From assembly GCA_047947115.1 (NCBI GenBank), contig CP170459.1, positions 4,864,001 to 4,928,000 of the forward strand: 64,000 nt of DNA, given 5' to 3'. How positions within the stretch are numbered: the stretch's first letter is position 1; each line of letters starts with the position of its first letter. This document shows positions 49,533 to 58,612 of the stretch, piece after piece. Under the pieces are notes generated by a model, which was not told the DNA's origin, made no database searches, and saw only the letters and a list, made by a program, of their open reading frames with translations. Source of the stretch: Verrucomicrobiota bacterium (GTDB lineage: Bacteria; Verrucomicrobiota; Verrucomicrobiia; Limisphaerales; AAA164-E04). The position numbers and the translations under genes were made by a program.

Positions 49533-50867
49533 TTATCCGTTCGCTTCTTCATGCATGGAGTGGAACCGGCGCCGCAACAAAGGTTCTTTTTCGGAAATGA
49601 CCGATCTCAACGATTCAACCGGCAGCGCGCCATGCTGAAATCGTCGCTTTTCAAAAACCGGCATGTCAACACTGGTCACGGCCTTGACCCCGGCTGCAAC
49701 AATGCGTCCTTTCAAGTCGTAAAGCTTTCCGTGCTCGTAATCGGTCATATCGATGTAGGGAATCCCCTCAGACACTTCGATGACAGACGGACGCGTGAAC
49801 GGACTGAACCCTTCGAAACCATAATGCTTAGCAGGCGCATAGGTTCGGGTATAGGATCGACTCAAACCTCCGCTGTAGGTGAGAGAATGCTTGATCTTAC
49901 CGACACCCCAGCCTTCGTGATAAAGCATCTGATTGTGCAGCACGCTCTTGATGGTTAATTCCGGATTTTCTTCGATAGGGTAATCCTTGAGATTCTCATC
50001 CCCTCCATCGCCATCCAACAAAAACTTCCAATCCGGATAACGCTCACGAATCCCTTTGTGCAACAACATGCCCATCGCGGCGCACTCCACATCCAGAGGC
50101 TTGTAATCTTCTATCGCCTGAAGGGTTGCGTCCAAGTTGATATCATCTGCATTGCCACTGATCTCTTCCAGAAACAAGCTATGGCCGGTTTTCTTCAAAA
50201 AATCTCGAGCCTGCGTGGCATCCTCCCCACCGCCCAGGTTCAGTGTAAACGCTTTAAGGCGTGTCAAAGGGGTTCCCATGGATTGCATCACGTGGTGCGT
50301 CGTCAGAAAAACAGCTCCACTGTCGATCCCACCTGAAAAGCAAATCCCAATGGGCTCTTTCGAAGGAACAGTGGAAATCCATTTGGCAATTTCCTCCGCC
50401 AATGCCCCGATATAACGGCGACCAATCTGATCCAGATCGTTTGGCTGCGTGTTCTTCTGCGGATCAAAAAATCGGGTGTAAACGGGATCCGGGTCGGGAC
50501 AGCCAATCAATTGGATTTCCACAACATAATGAGCCGGAACCATTCGGGTGTAGCTCGGGTGAAATTGATCACCAAAACCCTCCTGATGAAGCCAGTCCCG
50601 AATCGTATCCATGCGATCGGCAACAATCAGGGCCGGACCCTCTTCTCTTTTAGCCAGAAAATAACGCATCGGCCGATCCATCGACCGGGCCAGACGCACC
50701 GTCTTGCCTTCCTTGGCCAGCAAGGCGAAGGACCCATCGATCTCGCGAACGGATTCTGGTTTACCGGAAAGCACCCTTTCTCGAGCGTCCTCAACACTCA
50801 TATTATAAAGCCGCTGCGAATCCTCACTGATGAGGTTGACGACACGTTCCACGTATTGGTTGATCAT
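49533..50867 (-). CDS. Asparagine-synthase-related PP-loop ATPase
   Basis: FSGGIDS; DGDGGDE; SPF; truncated Ntn-like N-terminus without Cys1. Confidence 0.8.
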   Translation of the reverse strand: MINQYVERVVNLISEDSQRLYNMSVEDARERVLSGKPESVREIDGSFALLAKEGKTVRLARSMDRPMRYFLAKREEGPALIVADRMDTIRDWLHQEGFGDQFHPSYTRMVPAHYVVEIQLIGCPDPDPVYTRFFDPQKNTQPNDLDQIGRRYIGALAEEIAKWISTVPSKEPIGICFSGGIDSGAVFLTTHHVMQSMGTPLTRLKAFTLNLGGGEDATQARDFLKKTGHSLFLEEISGNADDINLDATLQAIEDYKPLDVECAAMGMLLHKGIRERYPDWKFLLDGDGGDENLKDYPIEENPELTIKSVLHNQMLYHEGWGVGKIKHSLTYSGGLSRSYTRTYAPAKHYGFEGFSPFTRPSVIEVSEGIPYIDMTDYEHGKLYDLKGRIVAAGVKAVTSVDMPVFEKRRFQHGALPVESLRSVISEKEPLLRRRFHSMHEEANG

Positions 50868-50932
50868 GGACTTATCAAATTCCCATCACCCACTGAAAGC
50901 AAGTGAAAATCTCCTGCAAAAGGCAACTTGCC

Positions 50933-52804
50933 CACGGCTTTTTTCTCGGAGAGTCTTTCTCATTGATAATGAACGGAATCAATTTTTGCTAGACCCAATC
51001 GCCTAAATTTGCCATGGTAGGCCGGTATGAGCAGCTCTCAAAACTCCATCTCAAAACAGCAAATCACGGTTCAAGTCCTTTCCCCCAAACAGCGAGGTCG
51101 ATTTAACCAGCTCTTAAAAAAACATCATTATTTGGGAGCCACACCTCCGGTGGGTGATTTCATTGAGCAGGTCGTCCTGTGTGATGGTAAGTGGGCGGCT
51201 TTGCTGATTTGGGGACCGGCTGCACTCAAACTTAAGGATCGAGAACGATGGATTGGCTGGAATCCGCTGCAACGAGCCGAACGTTTAAAACTGGTGGTTC
51301 AAAACAGACGGTTTCTTCTTCTCCACAAAAAGGGAACTCAACCACATCTAGCTTCCAAGGCGCTTGCTGCAGCCTGCAAACACTTGCCCGCGCAATGGCA
51401 GGAACGTTTTGGATATCGCCCACTGATAGCAGAAACATTCACCGATCCTGAACAATTTCATGGTACTTGCTATAAAGCCAGTGGGTGGGACGCTGTAGGC
51501 ATGAGCCAGGGGAGCCGAAGGGATCATGTCGATTTCTATGTCGATGAAAAACATCCTAAGCGTCTATGGCTTAAAGAACTTTGCCCCAAAGCTCGAAAGA
51601 CCATTGCTTCCACGCAACTGCCGCACCAATTCAATGAAGCTACCGTGGCAGCAGCCAATGGCATCCTCCCATTGCCCCCAGCTTCTCAGCGCAGTCTTTT
51701 TGAAACATTTCAAAAAGTCAAAGATCCACGTCGTTCCAATAATCGTTTCCCCATCGGCTCGGTACTTACCCTCATTGCCATGGCTTTGTTGAGTGGTGCT
51801 AAACAGATTTCGGAGATCGCTCGTTTTGCTCAACGATTACGGCCTAACCAACGTGCCCAGCTCAGGCTACCGCTCAAACGAGGCACTCGTCGTTTCTATC
51901 AAGTCCCCAGCTACAGTGTTTTTTATCAATTACTTACCCGCATCAATCCCGAAGAGTTCACCAGAATGTTGAGCGACTGGCTCACGCAAGAGGAAGGGCA
52001 TCTTCCAGGAGTGCTGGCTTTGGATGGAAAAATGATTCGCGATGTCATCGGGACCGTTACGCTGGCAAATGTGGAAGATGGTTCCCCAAGAGCGATGGCC
52101 ATCATGGACCAAAAGGAAGACACTGATCGATGCGAACTCAAAGCTGCACAAGAACTGCTCCAGGCTCAGCCTGGTTTGGACGGCGTCACAGTGACCGCGG
52201 ACCCATTGCATTGTCAAAAACAGAGCGCACGTATTATCGCCGAAAAAGGAGGCGAATACTTTCTGCAAATCAAAGGAAACCAGCCCAATCTTCTCAAAAA
52301 GGCCCGACAGCAGATCAAACCGTCCCCCTTTTTACCCAAATCAATCATGGGCACGGACGGATAGAAGAACGAGAGGTGAGCTCTTCGAGTGCTCTCCCCA
52401 TGGCAACTGGATTTCCCTACAGTAAAACGATCATCACCATCCGCAGTCGGCAAACAAATCAGAAGACGGGAAAGGTGAGTCAAGAAACGCGCTATTACCT
52501 TTCCAGTCAATATGACTTTGAACGGAGCAGTGAAGAATGGATCAATTTAAGTCGCCAACATTGGGCTGGAGTGGAAAGCCGTAACCACTGGCGACGGGAT
52601 GCGACCATGGGGGAAGATCGCACTCGGCTTGGCAATCCCAATGCGCTGGCCAACCTGGCATTGATCCGCAATCTCAATCTGCATGTTCTGGCAAGGCAGT
52701 CTTGGGATGTCTGGTTGCCGGGCTTGATAGAAAGATTGGCTGCCAATCCAGCCGAAACATTGACCATGCTCAAAGCGTGTTAGCCTTTAAAACAAAAAGC
52801 CGTG
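50933..52804 (+). mobile_element. ISAs1-family-like insertion sequence, 1872 bp
   Basis: Terminal inverted repeats cacggcttttt/aaaaagccgtg (11 bp perfect); 10-bp direct repeat gcaacttgcc at 50923-32 and 52805-14 (alternative parse: 8-bp DR with 12-bp IR). Confidence 0.93.
51027..52783 (+). CDS. ISAs1-type DDE transposase with N-terminal DUF4338 (DruA-like) domain, split by a -1 frame change near 52324-52333
   Basis: ORF A: HHYLG, RFL, ETFTDP..FHGTCYKASGW, DPR, ALDGK, ADPLHCQ, IKGNQP; ORF B (-1): HGRIEER, RYYLSS, HW..E..HW.RD..GED..R. Confidence 0.88.
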
Positions 52805-52928
52805 GCAACTTGCCCACTCCCCCAGCCAAATTCCCCAGGTGCCTTTGCCACCTAGTCAGAGAACAAAAACCCACCACCCATTTTCACTCGCCTTCCCTCT
52901 CACCATTCTCCATCATCCACACAAAATC

Positions 52929-54482
52929 ATGAACTTTGCTTTTGAAGAAGTCGCAGTGCGACTACATCCGGCCGATCATGTCGCTGTGATGAAGAAAACC
53001 GTGAAGGCCGGGACCATACTCAACACGTCCCAAGGTGACATCCAAACCAAGGCCATCATCCCGGCCGGACATAAAATGGCCCTGATGGATATCACCAAAG
53101 GCGCTCCCTTGGTTAAATATGGTCAAACCATCGGATTCGCGACGGCAGACATCAAGGCGGGAGATCACGTGCATGTTCAAAACCTGGGCATGGGCGATTT
53201 TGGTCGCGAATACAAGATTGGAGAACGCTACCAGGCCATTAAACCTGCCGCAGACGCGGATCAACGCACGTTCATGGGATTCGACAGAGGAGAGGGCCGT
53301 CCGTCCGGGACGCGCAATTACATAGCCATTATCTCCAGCGTCAACTGCTCCGCATCGGTATCAAAATACATCGCCGAACGATTCAAAGGAGACGATTTCA
53401 AGCGCGACTTCCCACACATTGACGGGGTGATGGCTCTGACTCATAAATCCGGTTGCAGCCTGATGCCCGATCAACCGCTGGACGTCCTCCAACGCGTTCT
53501 GGCGGGCATGGCCACCCACCCCAATGTCGCAGGATACATCCTTGTGGGACTCGGATGCGAGGTGAATCAGATTCCCCACCTGATTGACAGGTATTCACTG
53601 ACCGACTCGGGCAATCCCGCAGCGCAACCCGTCCATATGAACATCCAGACCGTGGGGGGCATACGAAAAACCGTCGAAGCAGGGATCAAGGCGGTCAGCG
53701 ATTTCCTCCCCAAGCTCTCGCACCTCAGGCGCACCCCCCGGCCTATCCGCGACCTGATCCTGGCAATGAATTGTGGCGGATCGGATGGCAACAGCGGCAT
53801 CACAGCCAATCCGGCACTGGGAGTCGCGTCGGATATGCTGGTACGTTACGGCGCAACATCCGTTCTGGCGGAAACCAGTGAAATCTACGGGGCAGAACAT
53901 CTGCTGACCCAAAGAGCCGCATCCAAGGAAGCCGGAGAAAAACTACTGAAACTGATCCGCTGGTGGGAAGACTACACGGCCAAATTCGGAGCCACCATCG
54001 ACAACAATCCATCCTATGGCAACAAAGAGGGGGGACTGACCACAATCTACGAAAAAAGCCTCGGCGCCGTCGCCAAAGCAGGTCAGGCGCCCCTGGAAGC
54101 GGTCTATGACTATGGCGAAAAAATCAGCGCGTCAGGGCTTTGCTTCATGGACACACCCGGCAATGATCCGGTGAGCATGACCGGATTGGTGGCTGGTGGC
54201 TGCAATCTGGGTGTTTTCACGACAGGCCGGGGCAGCGTATTCGGATGTAAACCCACTCCCTGCATCAAAGTCGCCACCAACACTCCTCTCTACAACTGGA
54301 TGGAGGACGACATGGACATCAACGCCGGTACCGTCCTCGATGGAACCGAAACAGTGGAAGAAGTCGGCCAGCGCCTCTTCGAAAAAATGATCGGCGTCGC
54401 CAGCGGTGAAAAAACCAAGAGCGAACAATCCGGTATGGGTGACGAAGAATTTGCCCCTTGGATGCTGGGCCCAACGCTATGA
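52929..54482 (+). CDS. uxaA: Altronate/galactarate dehydratase (UxaA family, SAF + GD_AH)
   Basis: GHK.AL; KYGQTIG; HVHVQN; GTRNY; VGLGCE; CGGSD; SGITANPALG; GGLTTIYEKSLG; FTTGRG. Confidence 0.9.
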   Translation: MNFAFEEVAVRLHPADHVAVMKKTVKAGTILNTSQGDIQTKAIIPAGHKMALMDITKGAPLVKYGQTIGFATADIKAGDHVHVQNLGMGDFGREYKIGERYQAIKPAADADQRTFMGFDRGEGRPSGTRNYIAIISSVNCSASVSKYIAERFKGDDFKRDFPHIDGVMALTHKSGCSLMPDQPLDVLQRVLAGMATHPNVAGYILVGLGCEVNQIPHLIDRYSLTDSGNPAAQPVHMNIQTVGGIRKTVEAGIKAVSDFLPKLSHLRRTPRPIRDLILAMNCGGSDGNSGITANPALGVASDMLVRYGATSVLAETSEIYGAEHLLTQRAASKEAGEKLLKLIRWWEDYTAKFGATIDNNPSYGNKEGGLTTIYEKSLGAVAKAGQAPLEAVYDYGEKISASGLCFMDTPGNDPVSMTGLVAGGCNLGVFTTGRGSVFGCKPTPCIKVATNTPLYNWMEDDMDINAGTVLDGTETVEEVGQRLFEKMIGVASGEKTKSEQSGMGDEEFAPWMLGPTL

Positions 54483-54546
54483 ACAACAACCAAGGATCAA
54501 GGAAGTATACAGATGAACCAGACCGGCGCTTGCTCCGGCTTAAAGT

Positions 54547-55737
54547 TCAAGAACTTTCTTCCATGTCTTGCTGAAAGGCACAGGGCAGCACTTTGATAAT
54601 CCAGATGAGAACAGCCCCTCCCCAGCAAATCGCGCCATAGATGTAGTGGGATTTCATGATCTTCGGCCAGATATCCCCACTGACGCGCGAGACCATTCCC
54701 ACCCAGATCAACAGGACCATCACGAGCACCCAGCCCGACTTTCTCCTAAGCAACTGCATTTTTCCACTGTGCCCCATCATGATCCGCGTTGCCACCATGA
54801 GAGTCAGCGCACTGAGCCCCCCCACCAGCGACCAATGCACCCAGGCAACCCGATAGGCAGGCAACAAGCCGGCAAACAGGTAGGCCAAAGGAAGCGCCCA
54901 AAGGCAGAAGCTGAGACACTTTGTCAGTTTATCCCCTTTGAACCGTAGCAATGGTGGGGGGAGTTCCTTACAAAGATACCATCCTATGAACCCTCCACGC
55001 AGGATCAATCCCATCCGGTTCAACCCGCCGGCCTCCAAGATCATGCTGGCAAACACTCCCAGAAACAGAACGACCGCGGTCCCGACACACAATGCCCACT
55101 CAAGGGTCGGGGTGGAGCTGTCAGGAAGATCGTGCTTGCTTGGAGATTGCACGAACTTGGGGAGAAAAAACGGGCATAACCCGAGAAAAGGCAACAACGG
55201 CCACGCTTGAAACAGCAAAAGAGTGCGCAACTGGAGTGCAAATGAAGAGGTTTCCTCCCCCCAATCCATCGTGTAAAGGACACCACCGGCAATAGCGCAA
55301 AGTATCGCAGGTATCAGTAACACAAAGCCCGGAGGCGGAAGGCATTCCCGATGGCGCATATGCATTAAAAGCAGGAAGGCGAAAAGTATCAGTGAGACCA
55401 GAAAGATCACATTTCCTTTCCAAACCGGACCATAACTCAGCAGGGATTGAGTCACGATGAACAATCCCGCAAGAACCAATGTTCCCGAGGCGGACCGCCA
55501 CTTTGAATCCATCATTCTGGGTAAAGCGGTGAGTGCAAATCCAAAGATGAATGCGGCAAAAAAACCTTCCACCATTAAAAAAGCATGGTTCTGGCCGGGA
55601 TAGGATGCTGACTCCGCCCAGAACATGTAAGGCCACTGCATCACACCGATCAAACCGGCGATGACACCAAACAGAAAAAAGAACCGAAAGGGTTCGGCAA
55701 CAAAGAGGTCCAAGGATCGCGCTCGAATTTTTATCAT
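54547..55737 (-). CDS. nnrS: NnrS-family membrane protein
   Basis: EPFRFFF; H..LMVEGF...GFALTALP; ATRIMMGHSG; about 12 TM. Confidence 0.85.
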   Translation of the reverse strand: MIKIRARSLDLFVAEPFRFFFLFGVIAGLIGVMQWPYMFWAESASYPGQNHAFLMVEGFFAAFIFGFALTALPRMMDSKWRSASGTLVLAGLFIVTQSLLSYGPVWKGNVIFLVSLILFAFLLLMHMRHRECLPPPGFVLLIPAILCAIAGGVLYTMDWGEETSSFALQLRTLLLFQAWPLLPFLGLCPFFLPKFVQSPSKHDLPDSSTPTLEWALCVGTAVVLFLGVFASMILEAGGLNRMGLILRGGFIGWYLCKELPPPLLRFKGDKLTKCLSFCLWALPLAYLFAGLLPAYRVAWVHWSLVGGLSALTLMVATRIMMGHSGKMQLLRRKSGWVLVMVLLIWVGMVSRVSGDIWPKIMKSHYIYGAICWGGAVLIWIIKVLPCAFQQDMEESS

Positions 55738-55947
55738 CTCACAACTCCTTGAAGCTTAACCAAGTCCACAACAAGCACAAGAAAATCGAAAATCTTTTGA
55801 ACAATTCAGTCTCAAGTGCAGTCTCATCCAATGTAGTTATTAATGTTCTCATACATCATCAGTTGCTCATATCGTTCAGTGTTTGTGAATATTCAACCAA
55901 CGGCAGTATCATAGCAGCAATCGTTGGAGTTAGTTGTTTGGGTTTGG

Positions 55948-55977
55948 AAAAGCGCCGGTTTCGACCGGCGCTTTTTT
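55948..55977 (+). terminator. Strong intrinsic terminator with no upstream + strand CDS
   Basis: aaaagcgccggt-ttcg-accggcgctttttt. Confidence 0.85.
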
Positions 55978-56101
55978 CATGCTGTCCGCTCAACAGAGAC
56001 ATCAATCGAGAGAGCTTATAGGTTGCTTTTTGCTTAGAAAATGATACCTGCTGGTGTTAGGCTGATCTCACCGAGAAAAAGTTATGGGCTGTAAATTGCA
56101 A

Positions 56102-57280
56102 ATGAACTTACTGGAAAAATTACGATATGGAAGTTGGGCATGGATGGTTGCTTTAGCCATTCAGCAGATCGACCCCGTGATTGCCGCTGATTCACCGGAT
56201 GCAACCATGGGCATGGCGACCGAAAGTGCATGGCCCATGTACCGAGGCAACCCGTCCTTGAACGGAGTCTCCCCAGCCAAGATTGGCCCCAAGTTGAAGG
56301 AAGTATGGCAATTTGAAGCGGAGCACTCGATTAAGTCTTCGGCCGCCATCGTAGATGGGCGGGTGTTTATAGGTTCGGACGACGGTTTCATTTACGCCCT
56401 GAATTTGAAGAATGGAAAGCAGATCTGGAAATACGAAACATTGGGTAATGTCGAAAGCTCCCCTCTCGTTCTGGGCGATTATGTCTACGTAGGTTCTGGA
56501 GACGGCTTTGTTTACAAGCTCGCGACCAAAGACGGTTCTTTGGCCTGGAAATATGAAACCGAGGATCAGGTCCTTGGAGCGCCCAACTGGATTATGTCCC
56601 CGGATGGCAAGGAACCATGGATCCTGGCCGGCAGCTATGATTTCAAACTCCACTGCATCAAAGCCAGCGACGGCAGCAAGGTATGGGATTACGAAACGGG
56701 TAATTACATCAACGGCACCCCTGCTGTGTCCAATGGCCAAACGGTGTTTGGTGGTTGCGACGCTCTTTTGCACGTTATACAGCTTTCCGATGGCAAGAAG
56801 GTAAAGGAAATCGAGGCGGGCGCCTATATTGCCGGTTCGGTGGCCATGGCAGGTTCCAAAGTGTATGTCGGACATTATGAAAGCGAGTTTCTTTGTTTCG
56901 ACCTCGAAAAGGGAGAGCTCGCCTGGAAATACCGCGATCGTAGTTTCCCCTATTATTCTTCTCCGGCCATCGCTGGGGATCGAGTATTGACCGGTTGCCG
57001 CGATCGGCAACTTCACTGCCTGAACCGGGATACGGGTGAAAAAATCTGGACCTTTCCTACAAGGGGCAAAGTGGACAGTTCTCCTGTGGTTGTGGGTGAT
57101 GAAGTCATTTTTGGCTCGCAGGACGGCCGCCTGTATCGTGTCCGCATCAGTGACGGTAAGGAGATTCAATCAATTGACCTGGGTCAGCCACTGACCGGAT
57201 CCCCGGCGGTGATCAACGACTGGGTGGTGATCGGCAGCGAAGACGGGAATGTTTATGGTTTCCAATCCGTGACGGATTAA
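56102..57280 (+). CDS. PQQ-like beta-propeller repeat protein (BamB-like fold), secreted
   Basis: WPMYRGN; repeated SSP...VYVGS.DG..YAL...G...W blades. Confidence 0.9.
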   Translation: MNLLEKLRYGSWAWMVALAIQQIDPVIAADSPDATMGMATESAWPMYRGNPSLNGVSPAKIGPKLKEVWQFEAEHSIKSSAAIVDGRVFIGSDDGFIYALNLKNGKQIWKYETLGNVESSPLVLGDYVYVGSGDGFVYKLATKDGSLAWKYETEDQVLGAPNWIMSPDGKEPWILAGSYDFKLHCIKASDGSKVWDYETGNYINGTPAVSNGQTVFGGCDALLHVIQLSDGKKVKEIEAGAYIAGSVAMAGSKVYVGHYESEFLCFDLEKGELAWKYRDRSFPYYSSPAIAGDRVLTGCRDRQLHCLNRDTGEKIWTFPTRGKVDSSPVVVGDEVIFGSQDGRLYRVRISDGKEIQSIDLGQPLTGSPAVINDWVVIGSEDGNVYGFQSVTD

Positions 57281-57322
57281 ATAAAGCAAGCCCGTTCATC
57301 AGTCATCCATTCATAACTCGAC

Positions 57323-58612
57323 ATGAAGATCGTTCAAATCACCCCGGGCGCGGGAGGCATGTACTGCGGCGGGTGTTTCAGGGATAACGCCTTGGTCAAA
57401 TGTCTGCGAGACGAGGGGCATGAGGTGTTGATGGTGCCACTTTACCTGCCTCTCACCCTTGAAGATGCCGATCAGAGTTCCCAAACCCCGATCTTCTTTG
57501 GAGGCATCAATGTCTTTCTCGACCAGACCTTGGGGCTTTTTCGAAAGCTGCCGGTTTCATGGACTTCCTGGCTGGACAAACGCTCGGTCCTGAAACGCAT
57601 CTCCAAATATGCAGCCCGCACCCGACCGGAAGACGTGGGAGATTTGACCGTCTCCATGTTGATGGGAGAAGAAGGACGTCAGCAAAAAGAACTCGATCAG
57701 CTGGTGGATTGGCTGAAGGAAAACATGCAACCGGACGTGGTCTGCCTTTCGAACGCGCTCTTGATCGGCATGGTTCGGCAAATAAAGGACCAACTCGGTT
57801 GTGCCGTGGCCTGCACGTTGCAGGGAGAGGACACGTTTCTGGACGCGCTGCCTGCCGATAACCGCAGACAAGCCTGGGATGTGCTTTCCACCCGAGCCAG
57901 GGAAGTCGATGCATTCATCACACCCAGCCAATATTTCGGCGAACTGATGCAACAACGCATGGGTTTTGACATTTCCAAGCTGCACATCATCCCCAATGGC
58001 ATCCCGACGGAAGGTTACACACGCAGTTCCCTCCCCATGGATCCCCCGGTCCTCGGCTACTTTGCACGCATGTGTCGAGAGAAGGGACTTCCACTACTGG
58101 TGGACGCATTCATTCGACTGAAATCCATGGAACCTCACCAAAACCTCCGCCTGATGGTTGGAGGCGGCATGGGACCTTCAGACGAACCCGTTGTTGATGA
58201 GCAAAAGAAGAAACTCCAATCAGCTGGGGTTGCCGAGCATGTCACCTGGCATCCAAATCTTGATCGGGAAGAAAAACTGGATTTCTTTTCCAAGCTGACG
58301 ATCTTCTCGGTTCCAGCGTTGTATGGAGAAACGTTCGGTCTGTATCTTCTGGAAGCGATGGCTGCCGGAGTGCCGGTCGTGCAACCTCCGCACGCGGCTT
58401 TTCCGGAAGTGATCGAAGCAACAGCCGGTGGCATCATAGCGACAGGTCTGGAGGCAGGGCATCTCGCGGAAAGTATCAGTTCCATGCTTGGTTCAAAGGA
58501 TGATCTGAAAGATTTATCAGACCAGGCCTATCGGTCGGTCCACGAAAGATTCAAATCCTCCGATATGGCAAAGCAGGTCGTGGCAGCCTACCAAGCGTGC
58601 CTTCCTCATTAG
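57323..58612 (+). CDS. Glycosyltransferase family 4 (GT-B)
   Basis: MYCGGCFRD; IPNGI; EKGL; ETFGLYLLEAMAAGVPVV. Confidence 0.9.
   Translation: MKIVQITPGAGGMYCGGCFRDNALVKCLRDEGHEVLMVPLYLPLTLEDADQSSQTPIFFGGINVFLDQTLGLFRKLPVSWTSWLDKRSVLKRISKYAARTRPEDVGDLTVSMLMGEEGRQQKELDQLVDWLKENMQPDVVCLSNALLIGMVRQIKDQLGCAVACTLQGEDTFLDALPADNRRQAWDVLSTRAREVDAFITPSQYFGELMQQRMGFDISKLHIIPNGIPTEGYTRSSLPMDPPVLGYFARMCREKGLPLLVDAFIRLKSMEPHQNLRLMVGGGMGPSDEPVVDEQKKKLQSAGVAEHVTWHPNLDREEKLDFFSKLTIFSVPALYGETFGLYLLEAMAAGVPVVQPPHAAFPEVIEATAGGIIATGLEAGHLAESISSMLGSKDDLKDLSDQAYRSVHERFKSSDMAKQVVAAYQACLPH

Noticed and set aside
55738..55830. FNR/NnrR box upstream of nnrS
   Set aside because: No TTGAT-N4-ATCAA-like match with correct spacing
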